Assembly: GCA_963700285.1 (NCBI GenBank)
Contig: CAVOXA010000014.1
Location: 384,001 to 448,000 of the forward strand
Reading direction: 5' to 3'
Length of the DNA: 64,000 nt
From: an uncultured Chloroflexia bacterium
Lineage (GTDB): Bacteria; Chloroflexota; Anaerolineae; JAAYZQ01
The translations under genes and the position numbers were made by a program. Under the pieces are notes generated by a model. It had not been told where the DNA came from and made no database searches. It saw only the letters and a list, made by a program, of their open reading frames with translations. Below, one piece after another: positions 18,041-28,429 of this stretch. Numbering within the stretch: the stretch's first letter is position 1; each line of letters begins with the position of its first letter.

Positions 18041-19508
18041 CTATGATACGAACCTGATGCTTGCCAGCTCCTTTTCGGCAGCCTTTGCGATCTCGTTGAT
18101 CTTTCGGTGCACGTCCTCCGGCAATGGCGTAGGTTCGTGCGTGGCCAAGATGTCCCGGGCTTTCTGGGTGACGACTTGCTCGTAGGTCGTGCCGCCCCGG
18201 CTCGCCCAGGATTCCGGGCTGTCTCGGTTCACATACTTGGGCTGCCACAGATCTTCCTGGAAATGGGTCTTGGTATGCATGCACCGTCAAAAAGTGCCCA
18301 CCAGGGCCGACCTGACGGATGATATCGACGGCCAGTTTCTCGCGGCTGATATCAAAGCCTCGCACAATACGCTTGACGTAGCTAATGATCTCGGAGCACA
18401 TGACGATGGACGCTGGATTGCTGAGCAGGCCCTGGCCCAGATAACCGACGTCGTGGATCAGGTTGGCCCCATCCAGTGCCGACATGAGCGTGGCAAAGGC
18501 ATGCTCCATGGCCGCCTGGGCGTCCAGCGTATGCGCATCGCTGCCAACCGTCGACCACATGGGCAAGCCATAGTAGTGAAAGATGTCGGCAAAGGCCGAG
18601 TTGGTCAGTCGCACATCGGGGGCGCCATAGCAGATGGTACCCTTTTGCATGTCCAGGGGAGCAGCTACGACACCGGAAACGATGGGCGCGCCCTTGACCC
18701 TGAGCTGGTGCAGGACGATGCCGCTTAGCGCCTCGGCAATGGCCACCACCAGCCCGCCCGCCAGCGTAACGGGGATGCTGGCACCCAGAATGTCACCGGG
18801 TGTGTAGTTGATGGGGACACCCTTCTCAGCACAGAGGAAGAGCTTGCGGACCGCACCCTGAGAGTGCATTAGCGGCGCCGTCGGCTCGGAGTAGTGAATG
18901 AGGAAGGGCTTTTCACGCAAGGCATCCTCGCCGCCAGCCACGGTTGCGGCCATGTCAATAATGACGGCCAGGTCCTCTTTGCCCGCGGCTGTGAAGAACA
19001 TCGGCTTGGTCGAGTTCTCCATCATGGCCTTGGCGCACTCGACATACATGCTGTTGCGAGCCACGTCACTGGGCAGGGCGAAGGAGGCGATAAAGTCAAT
19101 CTCCTGGCAATAGTCAGCAACCCTGGAGGCATTGATCACATCCTGAAGCTTGGATGGCCGGGTCCGTCCGGTCTCCAGGTCTTGGGTGCTGATCAGATCG
19201 GTCCCGAGCCCAAAGTGGATGTTCCTCCCCTCCAGGCGCATGGCTTCCTGCCCTTGCTGGTCATAGATGGTAATGCGTGAGGGGGCGCTGGCGATGCTAT
19301 CCTCTACCAGCCAATTGGGAATCAGGACGTTGTTGCCGCCCCTCACCCGACAGCCGGCGTCTTTTAGCATCTCGATGGCTTCCTGATCAAGCAACCGAAC
19401 GCCCACAGTCTCCAGGACCTCCAGGCTGGCTCGATGTATCTCCTGGATCTGCTCCTCCGTCAGAAGCCTATACTGAGGCACACATTGCGTTCTAACACCA
19501 CTATTCAT
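18041..19508 (-). CDS. MttB-superfamily corrinoid methyltransferase, non-pyrrolysine (paralog 5), one frameshift near 18285
   Basis: Family motifs run up to VGPGGHFL. The homologous C-terminus (HTKTHFQEDLWQP...ILATHEPTPLP) continues in another frame to the stop at 18041. Confidence 0.85.
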
Positions 19509-19619
19509 GATACTCAATCCTCCCTGATTCGTTGGCTAAAGATTGGCGGAAAGGGGGCCGGCTGGCTGCCTACGGCAGTGCGCCAACCCCTGATGCTCCG
19601 ATAGACAACTTTTCCGCAC

Positions 19620-20900
19620 TCAGCGGGGCATGTCCTCCAATATGCCGAGCAGAGTCTCCACTTCCTCTGCGGTACTATAGTGCACTAGGCCGATGCGAAG
19701 CAGGCCACCCTGCCCTTCCAGGCCCAGGTGTTCGGTCACGGCCAGCGCGTAGAAATTGCCCTCCCAGGCAAAGATGTTAGCCCCTGCCAAACGCTGCGAG
19801 ATCTCGGCCGGTGTCAACCCTTGCATGGTGAAGGAGACCGTGGGCACCCGCTGGTGCAGATGGTCAGGATCTGTGATGCCATAGATGCGCAGACCGTCGA
19901 TGGCTTGCATGCCGGCGAGCAATCGCCGGCAGAGACCGGCCTCATATTCCCGGATCGGCGGCCAGCCCAGCCTTCAGGTCACGCCTCCGCCCCTGAAAGC
20001 CGGGAAACTGCGAGGCGAACTCGGCTCCGAAGCGCTGGCCCACCGACGCCAAATAGTCGACGGCGGCCGTGGTACCGGCCATGGCCTCAAAATTCCGCGG
20101 TGCCGGTCTCAAACTTGTGCGGCGGTACGTTGGCGGCGGGGCGGACTTTGTAGGCGGGCAGGCGGTCCAGCAGCTCGTAGCGCCCGTACAGCATGCCCTG
20201 GTGGGGGCCAAAGAACTTGTAGGCCGAACAGACGAGAAAGTCACAGTCCAGCGCCTGGACGTCGATGGGGCCATGGGGCGCATAGTGTACCGCATCGACG
20301 TAGACCCAGGCACCCGACAGCGTGAGCCAGGTCGGCACGCAAGACGCACATCGTTGATGGTGCCCACGGCGTTCGAGGCATAGCCCAGCGCCACCACTTT
20401 GGTGCGCGGATTGATGGCCGCTTCCAGAGCATCCAGGTCCAGCGTGCAGTCAATGGGATCAAAGTCGACCTAGCGGATGATCGCGCCACGCTCCTGCAGG
20501 GCCAACCAGGGCGCGATGTTGGCATCGTGGTCCAGGCGGGTGACGACGATCTCGTCGCCTGGGGAGAGAGTGCGGCCGATGGCCCGGCTGATGTTGAAGG
20601 TCAGGGTCGTCATATTCGGGCCAAAGACGATCTCGTTCGGGATCTTGGGCGTTCAACAAAATCAGCTACAGCTTGCCGGGCGGCATGGACCGTCTCATCG
20701 GTGCGGTCGCTGTAGAGAAAGCCGCCATGGACGTTACTGTTGGCCTCGGTCAGGTACCGGGACATGGCATCGATGACCGAGCCATGAACCTGCGTGCCAC
20801 CCGGACCATCGAGGAAGACGAGGGGGCGGCCGGCCGCAGTTTGCTGCAGTGCGGGAAACTCGGTCCGAAGCTCCGCTATTGCCTGTTGGGTCAGTGCCAT
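19620..20900 (-). pseudogene. Cysteine desulfurase-like class V PLP enzyme, frameshifted as read (probably sequencing error)
   Basis: LDGPGGTQV, VDAVHYAPH, CSAYKFFGPH, FETGT and LRIGLVHY are spread over several frames. Confidence 0.8.
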
Positions 20901-20976
20901 TGATGATCCTTTCACTAGTTATGTACAGTATGCGAATCGCGGTCTTTTTTTGGGGCTTTCGCCCTGGAGCTGCGTA

Positions 20977-21138
20977 ACGGCGCTGAAGCGCCTACTACGA
21001 ACGGGTGCTGCTCCGGACTGGGCCACGGCGCTGAAGCGCCTACTACGAACGGGTGCTGCTCCGGACTGGGCCACGGCGCTGAAGCGCCTACTACGAACGG
21101 GTGCTGCTCTTGGCTAGGCCACGGCGCTGAAGCGCCTA
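20977..21138. repeat. Tandem array of a 48-bp unit containing a GTAG-type REP hairpin (about 3.4 copies)
   Basis: ACGGCGCTGAAGCGCCTACTACGAACGGGTGCTGCTCCGGACTGGGCC at 20977, 21025, 21073 (slightly variant) and partial at 21121. Confidence 0.9.
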
Positions 21139-22395
21139 TTGGCTCGCCTTGAGTGCTTGGTCCAGATCCTCTTTCAGGTCATCCACGTTCTCGATACCGA
21201 CCGACATGCGGAAGGTGCCGGGGCCAATGCCGATCTCTGCCAACTCCTCGTCGCTGAGCCAGTGGTGCGTTGTCCGGGCCGGGTTGACGATGATGGAGTA
21301 GACGTCGCCCAGGGTCGTAGCAGGCAGGATGAGCCCCAGCGCATCGAGAAAACGAAATGCCTTGTCCTTGTCGCAGCCAGCGATATCAAAGTTCAGCATG
21401 GCCCCGTACCGGTCTTCAGGAAAGAGGCGCCTGGCCGTTTCGGACTGAGGATGGCTGGCCAAACCCGGATAGCGTACCTGGTCGATGAGCGGGTGGCTTT
21501 CCAGGAACCGGGCCACCTCCAGGGCATTGGCGCAGTGCCTCTCCATCCTCAGGGCGAAAGTCTTGAGGCCGCGGAGGGCCAGCCAGGCTTCGTTCGGTCC
21601 CAGCGTGCTGCCCACCTGGATCAGCATGTCGTGGAGCTTGTCAAAGTCCTTGCGATAGCAGCTCACCGATCCGGCCAGCACATCCCCGTGACCGGAGAGG
21701 AACTTGCTTACGCTGTGGCTCACGTAATCAGCGCCGTGTTCAAAGGGCCTGAACAGGTATGGTGTGGTGAAGGTATTATCGACAACCACGGAAGCGCCGT
21801 AGCGATGGGCCATCTCTATTACCGCGGGCGCGTCAATCACCTTGGTCATTGGGTTGGTGACAACTTCGAAGTAGACCACCCTGGGCGGATCGTGCCTCAT
21901 GGTATCCTCCAGCCTATCCAGGTCTGTGAAGTCCATGAGGATGCTGCGTCCACCCAGATGGGGAAAGATGTTCTCGACCATGGTATAGACGCTACCGTAG
22001 ACGTCGCTGGAGCAAAGGATGAGTTCATCCTGCCCGGCGCCCGCAGCCAGCAGAGCCAGGTGACTGGCAGCCATGCCTGAGGAGCAGACGTGGGTGACCT
22101 CGGCGCCCTCCAACGTGGACAGCGCCCGTTCCAACGTCGCATTGGTGGGCGAGCCACCGCGACTGTAGACGTAGCCCGGCTTCCGGTAGTAGACACGATC
22201 GTCGAGGTCTTGCGCGCTGTCGTAGAAAAAAGTTGTCGAATTGTGGATCGGCGTGCTGGAAGTCCAGAAATATTGCTTCTCCCAGCGCTCGCCGGCGTGC
22301 AGGGCCTGGGTCGCCAGGTCCTTGTCCGCATAGCGCTTGTCAGCTCGCCGGTGCTCCGAATGCATCGGTTTGTCAGTATACTCCCACTTGGCCAT
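21136..22395 (-). CDS. Cys/Met metabolism PLP enzyme (cystathionine gamma-synthase/lyase or methionine gamma-lyase family)
   Basis: YSRGGSPT, SSGMAA, VVDNTF, HSVSKFLSGHGD (PLP lysine), RMSVGIE. Confidence 0.88.
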   Translation of the reverse strand: MAKWEYTDKPMHSEHRRADKRYADKDLATQALHAGERWEKQYFWTSSTPIHNSTTFFYDSAQDLDDRVYYRKPGYVYSRGGSPTNATLERALSTLEGAEVTHVCSSGMAASHLALLAAGAGQDELILCSSDVYGSVYTMVENIFPHLGGRSILMDFTDLDRLEDTMRHDPPRVVYFEVVTNPMTKVIDAPAVIEMAHRYGASVVVDNTFTTPYLFRPFEHGADYVSHSVSKFLSGHGDVLAGSVSCYRKDFDKLHDMLIQVGSTLGPNEAWLALRGLKTFALRMERHCANALEVARFLESHPLIDQVRYPGLASHPQSETARRLFPEDRYGAMLNFDIAGCDKDKAFRFLDALGLILPATTLGDVYSIIVNPARTTHHWLSDEELAEIGIGPGTFRMSVGIENVDDLKEDLDQALKASQ

Positions 22396-22445
22396 GAGAA
22401 AAACCTCTCTTCAAGTCTCGATGATTTTAGGCAAAAGCTCTGCGC

Positions 22446-23456
22446 TCACATGTCACGCGGATCTCGATAGTAGACGAGCGGTGTGCCAACACCCTTCTCG
22501 AGCGCTTTTTGGTAGGCGAGATGGCCCAGGACGATATCGCTGATGGCGAAACCCTTATGCCAGAAGAGAATGCGCTCGTCGTCGGAGGTGCGGCCAGGCT
22601 TGAGCCCAGCCACAATCTCGCCGATCTCACCATAGATGTGTTCGGTGCGCAGCTCGCCCGCCTGAACCATTTCGGCAAACTGGCCGTACTGTGACTGCTG
22701 GCATTGGTTCCAGTCGTCCACCACCATCTTGTCCACGGAAAAGGGCAAGGTAGGCGCGACGGACAAGACTGCGCCATAGGGCTGCACCAGGGCTCCGGGT
22801 TTCACCCATTCATCTCTCACGAGTACCTGGTGCTCCAGGAGGCGTGAGGCATCGATGATGATGTCGGCGTCGCGAACCGTCGCCTCGCACGTATCCATGG
22901 CCAGCACCGGCTTGCCCAGCAGGGCAGACATTTCGGCGGCGAACCGCTCTCGGGACTCGGGCCGCTTGCTGGTGATCCGGATCTCCTCAAAGTCGAACAG
23001 CATGTCCAGCATGGGTACATTGTATCTGGCGGTACCGCGAGCGCCGATGTGGCCCAGGACACGCGGCTTTTCGCTGGCCAAGAACTTGGCGCCAACGGCC
23101 GTCACGGCCCCGGTGCGCATCCAAGTGATGAGCGTGGCATCCATGATGGCCATGGGAGCGCCTGTCTCGGCGCGCATGAGGGTGAGGAGGGCAAGCTCTG
23201 AGGGCAGCCCGTACTCGTAGTTCTTCTGAAAGTCGCTGATAACCTTGACCCCGCACACGTTGACCGGCTCAACGTAGCCCTTGAGGATGTTGAACAGCTT
23301 CTCGGGATAGTCGAGCACCAGGTGATCCTTGGAGGGCATGATCACCCGCTGCTGGCCATGGGCTCTCAGCCCGGCTTCGATGACATCCACAATCTCTTCC
23401 AATCCCAGATCCAGGGACTCGACGTCCTCTTTGGATAGAAAAAGTAGTTCTATCAA
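22446..23456 (-). CDS. Ornithine cyclodeaminase/mu-crystallin family protein
   Basis: GVKVISDF, ITWMRTGA, GEIGEIVAG.KPGR, KGFAISD. Confidence 0.88.
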   Translation of the reverse strand: MIELLFLSKEDVESLDLGLEEIVDVIEAGLRAHGQQRVIMPSKDHLVLDYPEKLFNILKGYVEPVNVCGVKVISDFQKNYEYGLPSELALLTLMRAETGAPMAIMDATLITWMRTGAVTAVGAKFLASEKPRVLGHIGARGTARYNVPMLDMLFDFEEIRITSKRPESRERFAAEMSALLGKPVLAMDTCEATVRDADIIIDASRLLEHQVLVRDEWVKPGALVQPYGAVLSVAPTLPFSVDKMVVDDWNQCQQSQYGQFAEMVQAGELRTEHIYGEIGEIVAGLKPGRTSDDERILFWHKGFAISDIVLGHLAYQKALEKGVGTPLVYYRDPRDM

Positions 23457-23468
23457 CTGGTCACTCTC

Positions 23469-24386
23469 CTATGCCCCAGCTCGCGCCAGGATAAAGTCCA
23501 CAAAACTGACGATGGGGTCAAAGCCGATCACGCTGGGCGCATCGGCCACAAAGTTGGACAATGGGTTGATGTCATAGTAGTAGGCCCGTCCGTCCCGCTC
23601 GCTGACCAGGTATTCCACACTGCCAAGGTCTGCCCTGGAGGCGGCAAGGATCTGCTTGACTTCCTCCACGATCTCTGACGGGGGTGAAAATGCTTCGACG
23701 GACAGATCTGGATTTTCGACATTGCAGCCATCGGCCGGGCAGTAGTTAAAGCTGTCGGCGGCCATCGGCAGACGGATCGCGTACAGCAACTGGTCGCCCA
23801 AGATCTCGACGCGGATGATCTGCCTGCCCGTGGCGGGCAGGCATTCTTGAACCAGGCCCGTATGGTCGATGCCTAGATCGAGCGTTCCGGCCTCGACGGC
23901 CAGCGCGAGTTCGTCGAGGTCCTCGAATCTACCGATGCCGACACCACTGCCGCCGATGTTGGGCTTGACCAGGATGGGGAAAGTGAGGCCGCTGGCGGCC
24001 TGCAATGCTTGCCGGGAATGGTGAAACACACGCGCCCTGGGGTAGTGCAGGCCGAGACGCTCAAAGATAGCAAGCTGCATGGCCTTGGATGCACCGATCA
24101 GATAGGAATGGTAGCCGTTGACGACCTCCGCCCCAATGCTCTCCAGGTAGGCCAGGTACTGCTGGATGTACAGGACGACCTGCGGATGGGCACCCCCCGA
24201 AGGATAGGCGCTGACACGATTGACGACGAGAGCGTAGGGACACTCGCGCAAAGAAGGATCATAGAAGTGATCGGGCACAAACTCCCTCACATAGGGTACA
24301 TTGCGCCGATCCAGCTCGGAAAAGAGCGGCTCAAACCACTGGGGATGCTCGTAGAGTACGGCTATGGGCTTCTCAGACATGTCCAT
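23469..24386 (-). CDS. ATP-grasp ligase (RimK/glutathione synthetase-like)
   Basis: VKPNIGGSG, VQE, RVEI and DINPLSNF ATP-grasp motifs. Confidence 0.8.
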   Translation of the reverse strand: MDMSEKPIAVLYEHPQWFEPLFSELDRRNVPYVREFVPDHFYDPSLRECPYALVVNRVSAYPSGGAHPQVVLYIQQYLAYLESIGAEVVNGYHSYLIGASKAMQLAIFERLGLHYPRARVFHHSRQALQAASGLTFPILVKPNIGGSGVGIGRFEDLDELALAVEAGTLDLGIDHTGLVQECLPATGRQIIRVEILGDQLLYAIRLPMAADSFNYCPADGCNVENPDLSVEAFSPPSEIVEEVKQILAASRADLGSVEYLVSERDGRAYYYDINPLSNFVADAPSVIGFDPIVSFVDFILARAGA

Positions 24387-25161
24387 AGTAGTCGCGGTGC
24401 ACCGCCGCCGAGTAGGCATAGTCCAGGAGCGTCCCCCAGCTAAAAACCGGGATCTCTATCTCTCGCTGCAGCGCCCGGGCAAAGGGCTGCATGCCAGTGC
24501 ACTCTAGAACCATGGCCCCCATGTTGGGATAGTCATGGAAGAAGGCAGTCGCCACGGCCAAGAACTCTTGCTCTGCTCTATCATAGTAGGCTTCCGGTGG
24601 GTCTGGGCGCGTGGATTCAAGCCAGAGATTGTCAAACTGTGGGCAACGCCCATACTCCTCGATGCCGCCCAGCACATAGTTAGTGTCAGGTTGAATGCCC
24701 ACTGCCGCAAGATGGCCGGCGGTCATGTCTTTTTTCGACGATGCGAATAACCCAACCAGCCTATTCGAACCAATGAGCTGTTGGGCCCAAGACACCTGGA
24801 GAAGGCTGGACATGAAGACTGGTACATCGACGTGCCTGGCTATCTCTTTTTGGAAATAGGCGAAATAGCCGCACTCGGCAGCGATGGCCCGACAACCGAT
24901 CTCTTCCAGTTTTTTGGCCGCCCGCTGGATGGGCGCGAGGCAGGGCGACTTGTCCTCCTCGTCGACCAGGGCCACGATGTCGACGCCTTCCGCGACCTCG
25001 TACTGGATGGGGAAAGGATAGGCACTGGCGTTCCGGACGTCGCCGGGAAAGCCCGGGTAGGACTCGTCCAGGATGATGATACCCAGGCCCATGCCGTAAC
25101 AGCGGTGATCCCGCCGGGCTCTGATATGGTTGAGGCCCATATCACGATTCTGGTACATCAT
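24373..25161 (-). CDS. Asp/Glu/hydantoin racemase superfamily protein (copy 2)
   Basis: Close paralog of 12878-13663: same MYQNRDMG start, HRDYYGHV end, and AECGYF/LECTGM motifs. Confidence 0.75.
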   Translation of the reverse strand: MMYQNRDMGLNHIRARRDHRCYGMGLGIIILDESYPGFPGDVRNASAYPFPIQYEVAEGVDIVALVDEEDKSPCLAPIQRAAKKLEEIGCRAIAAECGYFAYFQKEIARHVDVPVFMSSLLQVSWAQQLIGSNRLVGLFASSKKDMTAGHLAAVGIQPDTNYVLGGIEEYGRCPQFDNLWLESTRPDPPEAYYDRAEQEFLAVATAFFHDYPNMGAMVLECTGMQPFARALQREIEIPVFSWGTLLDYAYSAAVHRDYYGHV

Positions 25162-25297
25162 CTACCCTCACGTCCAGGCAATCGCTGCCCGGGGTTGGCG
25201 AACAGATAGAGCAGCCCTGCCGAGCGTGTTCCAGTGCTCTATGTGCCCGGCAGGCTGCACAGTATACACCTACTGGAGAACGTTGGCAAGGTTGGCG

Positions 25298-26749
25298 TCA
25301 GGCAAATGATTCTTCTGCACGCTGAACCACGGCATGAATCGCCTGCACCACATCCTGGGGCAGCAGCTCTGGCTCGTGCTTCTCGAGGATCTTGACGACG
25401 CGATCCACAGCCCTCTCAGCCAGGCTCTGGCCTCCGGCGGCCTGCCACTGGGCATAATTGCCGCGTTCAAACACGCCAGGATACCACCGCTCTTTGAAAT
25501 GGGCCATGGTATGCCTCTCGCCAAGGAAGGAGCCATCAGGACCCAACTCGTCGATGAGGTCCAGCGCCAGGGTTTCGTCACTGATCTCGATGGGCCCCAG
25601 CAGGTGAGCGATCCAGTCTACGATCTGGTCGCATATGACCAATTGGGCCAACGAGCCACAGAGCCCCGACTCCAGATACCCCAGATCGTGGATCAAGTGC
25701 GCCCCGCCCAGCGTCTCGGCCATCAGTGTCAAGGCTGCCTCAGCAGCAGCTTGCCCGTCCACCAGCTTTGACTCGCTGCAGCCGCCGATGCCGAACATGG
25801 GCAGCCGGTAGTGCTGAGCAAGGGCATGGGCCATGCCCTTGGGGTCCGGCGCGCAATAGGGGCTGACCATGGTACGCATGTCGAGTCCTTCACCGCCCCA
25901 GCCAGGTACAATGTAGGGCGCTCCCTCGCGCTTGAGTTGAGAGAGGACCAAGCCGATGAGTACTCCGGCATTGACCAGGGCCATCCCAGCCGCGGGAGTG
26001 ACGGGTCCGTTGATGCCACAGTCGACAACAGGGATGTACAGAAAAGGAAGCCCCTTGCCGGCCAGGAAGAGCAGCTTCTGCAACGCCTCTTCGTTGTGGC
26101 GCAGGCCACTGGTGACATTGATGTAGCAGGCAGCCGAAGGCTTCAGCATGAGGGCCTCAGCCCCACCTGCGGCGATTTCGGACATCTCGACGGCGTCCAC
26201 ACAACCGGAGAACTCGTTGGTGACAAAGATGATGGGCTTGGTCGTATAGTTGAGCATGGCTTCCATCTGGTAGCGATCGCTGACCATGTCATTCACGTCA
26301 GAGGGCAAGAACATGGACATGACGAAATCGACGTGAGGCAGCGCATCACAGACGACCATGCCGTCAACGATATCCTGCAAGACTGGCTTACGGCGCTCTC
26401 CAGTGCGATGATCGATTATGTTCAGGCAGTCGGATCCGGTCCCGTAGTAGCAGTTGCCCTCCTCCAGGAACAGCGAGGCATGACCACTGCGGTCGTAGAG
26501 CGTCACCCGCTTGGGCACCGTGCTAAAGGCCTTCTCAACAAGACCCGCCGGGACGCGCACGAGGTTGCCGTCGGACACCGAAGCTCCGGCACCCTGAAGC
26601 AGATCAATTGCCTCCTGATCGTAGAGCCGCGCCCCGGTGCGGGCGAGGATTTCGAGGCTGGCGTTGTGCAGTCTGCGGCACTGCTCTTCTGAGACACGAC
26701 TGTACTGTGCCCCACCATGAATCCGGTCGTTAAGTCGAATGCTTGCCAC
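25298..26749 (-). CDS. MttB-superfamily corrinoid methyltransferase, non-pyrrolysine (paralog 6)
   Basis: HNASLEILARTG, GTGSDC, GGCSESK, HLIHDLGYLE; GTG start with GGAG RBS. Confidence 0.92.
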   Translation of the reverse strand: MASIRLNDRIHGGAQYSRVSEEQCRRLHNASLEILARTGARLYDQEAIDLLQGAGASVSDGNLVRVPAGLVEKAFSTVPKRVTLYDRSGHASLFLEEGNCYYGTGSDCLNIIDHRTGERRKPVLQDIVDGMVVCDALPHVDFVMSMFLPSDVNDMVSDRYQMEAMLNYTTKPIIFVTNEFSGCVDAVEMSEIAAGGAEALMLKPSAACYINVTSGLRHNEEALQKLLFLAGKGLPFLYIPVVDCGINGPVTPAAGMALVNAGVLIGLVLSQLKREGAPYIVPGWGGEGLDMRTMVSPYCAPDPKGMAHALAQHYRLPMFGIGGCSESKLVDGQAAAEAALTLMAETLGGAHLIHDLGYLESGLCGSLAQLVICDQIVDWIAHLLGPIEISDETLALDLIDELGPDGSFLGERHTMAHFKERWYPGVFERGNYAQWQAAGGQSLAERAVDRVVKILEKHEPELLPQDVVQAIHAVVQRAEESFA

Positions 26750-26828
26750 TTAGAATCTCCTTTGTCGCATTGCCGAGTTTTCCTTGCAGCGTGACCATTC
26801 ACAGAATGTGCCACGGCTTCTTGCTCAG

Positions 26829-26893
26829 ACCTGGTCCATGACCAGGTAGTTTATGGCTTCTTCAGCAGATGCAACTGGTCACGGACCAGTTGC
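26829..26893. promoter_or_regulatory. Pair of palindromic operator-like sites CTGGTC-N3-GACCAG
   Basis: ACCTGGTC-cat-GACCAGGT (26829-26847) and GCAACTGGTC-acg-GACCAGTTGC (26871-26893), upstream of paralog 6. Confidence 0.6.
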
Positions 26894-26955
26894 GAGCAAA
26901 TGATAGGCTCGGACCAGTCGTGTGAAACCAGAGCACCAATTCGTTGCAGAACGGG

Positions 26956-28428
26956 CTATTGCACCTCCTGCAGCCAGTGCTGTTCCATGTCATCCAATTC
27001 AGCCACGACCTCCGGCGGCAGAGGCACGGGCTGGTGGTTGTTCAAGATCTGCAGGACGCGGCGGTTCGCTACAGCGTCCAGTGGCAGGCCACCATTGGCC
27101 GCCCACTGGTCATGGTTGCCCCGGTTCAAAAGCGTGGGCCGCCAATTTTCCCGAAAGTGGCGAACCGTGTGCTTTTCCCCGAAGTAGCTCCCCCCGGGAC
27201 CCACCTGCTCCATTACATCCAGAGCCAGGGTATCCGGCGAAATAGGTACGCCAGCCATGATGATACGGATCATGCCGATGAACTCGTCGGCAGCGGTGAT
27301 CAGTTCCAGACAAGCCGAGTTGGCCGCCTCCGTAAACCCGACGTCATGCACCAAGTTGGCACCGCTGAGCGCGGCCATCAGGCAAGACATGGCCGCCTCG
27401 GCTGCCGCCTGCTGGTCAAAGGCCACGGCATCGGTACAGCCGGCGGTGCTGAATACCGGTAGTTTGAGATAGTGGGCCATTTCGGTCAGGGCGGCCGACC
27501 AGAGGTGCATCTCTGGCGCGCCATAGGACACCAGCGTGGTAGACATGTCAATGATTGTTGGCACACCGCCAAAGATGACCGGCGCCCCGCGCCGCTTGAG
27601 CTGGGCCATCACCAGCCCGCTGAGCGACTCGGCCATGCAGGCCACCAGGTTCCCAGCCCCTGTGACGGGTGCCGTGCTTCCCGCGAGCGTCATGGGAGTA
27701 TAGATGACCGGGATGCCGCGCTCAACGCAGTAGAGGAGCTTTTCGACCCCCTCGCCTGTGTGGATCAGAGGCGAGAAGGGCTCAGCATAGTGCACATAGT
27801 AGGGCCTCAAGGCCAGTTCTTGCCACCCACCAGCCACCACAGCCGCCATCTCTGCCACTGCCCGCAGACTAGCAAAGTCCCCCGTACCGTGCATCAGGGG
27901 TTTGGTGCAATTCATCACCGTGTCCTTGTGGCCCGCCCGGATGGCAACCTGGCCAGGCACGTCACTGTACAGTGACGAGAAGGACACCATGTCGATGTTA
28001 GGCAGGGCGTCGCACAGAATGGCACCCAGCCGGGCGTCATCTCGAACGCAGAGCCGGCGGTTATGGTCCAGGAGTGTGTGTGGCGCATAGTAGTAGGGAT
28101 CAAAGAAATAGGTCGAGTCCACCTGACTGCAAAACGAGACCTGGCTGTCCTCCAGGTACACAGATGGCTTGCCGAGGCGGTCATAGACGGTGATCCGGCG
28201 TGGCGCGCTTGCCAGGGCATCCTCCAGCAGGTAGGAGGGGAGGCGTACCTGGCGCTTGGGTCCAACCTTGGCCCCGGCCCCATCAAGCAACGCCAGGCCC
28301 TCGTCATTGTCCACCCTTACGCCTGTGCATTCGAGCAGTTCCATGACGCGCAGAAGAAGGGTCTCTTTCTGATCCTCGGAGAGGACCGTCAGCCGCGGAG
28401 TGACCCGCGTGGTAGAACCAGCCTTCAC
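26956..28428 (-). CDS. MttB-superfamily corrinoid methyltransferase, non-pyrrolysine (paralog 7)
   Basis: TAPVTGAG, SYGAPE, TAGCTDA, ANLVHDVGF, VGPGGSYF; GTG start after AGGAG. Confidence 0.9.
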   Translation of the reverse strand: MKAGSTTRVTPRLTVLSEDQKETLLLRVMELLECTGVRVDNDEGLALLDGAGAKVGPKRQVRLPSYLLEDALASAPRRITVYDRLGKPSVYLEDSQVSFCSQVDSTYFFDPYYYAPHTLLDHNRRLCVRDDARLGAILCDALPNIDMVSFSSLYSDVPGQVAIRAGHKDTVMNCTKPLMHGTGDFASLRAVAEMAAVVAGGWQELALRPYYVHYAEPFSPLIHTGEGVEKLLYCVERGIPVIYTPMTLAGSTAPVTGAGNLVACMAESLSGLVMAQLKRRGAPVIFGGVPTIIDMSTTLVSYGAPEMHLWSAALTEMAHYLKLPVFSTAGCTDAVAFDQQAAAEAAMSCLMAALSGANLVHDVGFTEAANSACLELITAADEFIGMIRIIMAGVPISPDTLALDVMEQVGPGGSYFGEKHTVRHFRENWRPTLLNRGNHDQWAANGGLPLDAVANRRVLQILNNHQPVPLPPEVVAELDDMEQHWLQEVQ

Positions 28429-28429
28429 G

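Noticed and set aside
20977-21138. Possible CRISPR array
   Set aside because: The sequence between the palindromes is identical from unit to unit, so there are no unique spacers, and no cas genes are present.
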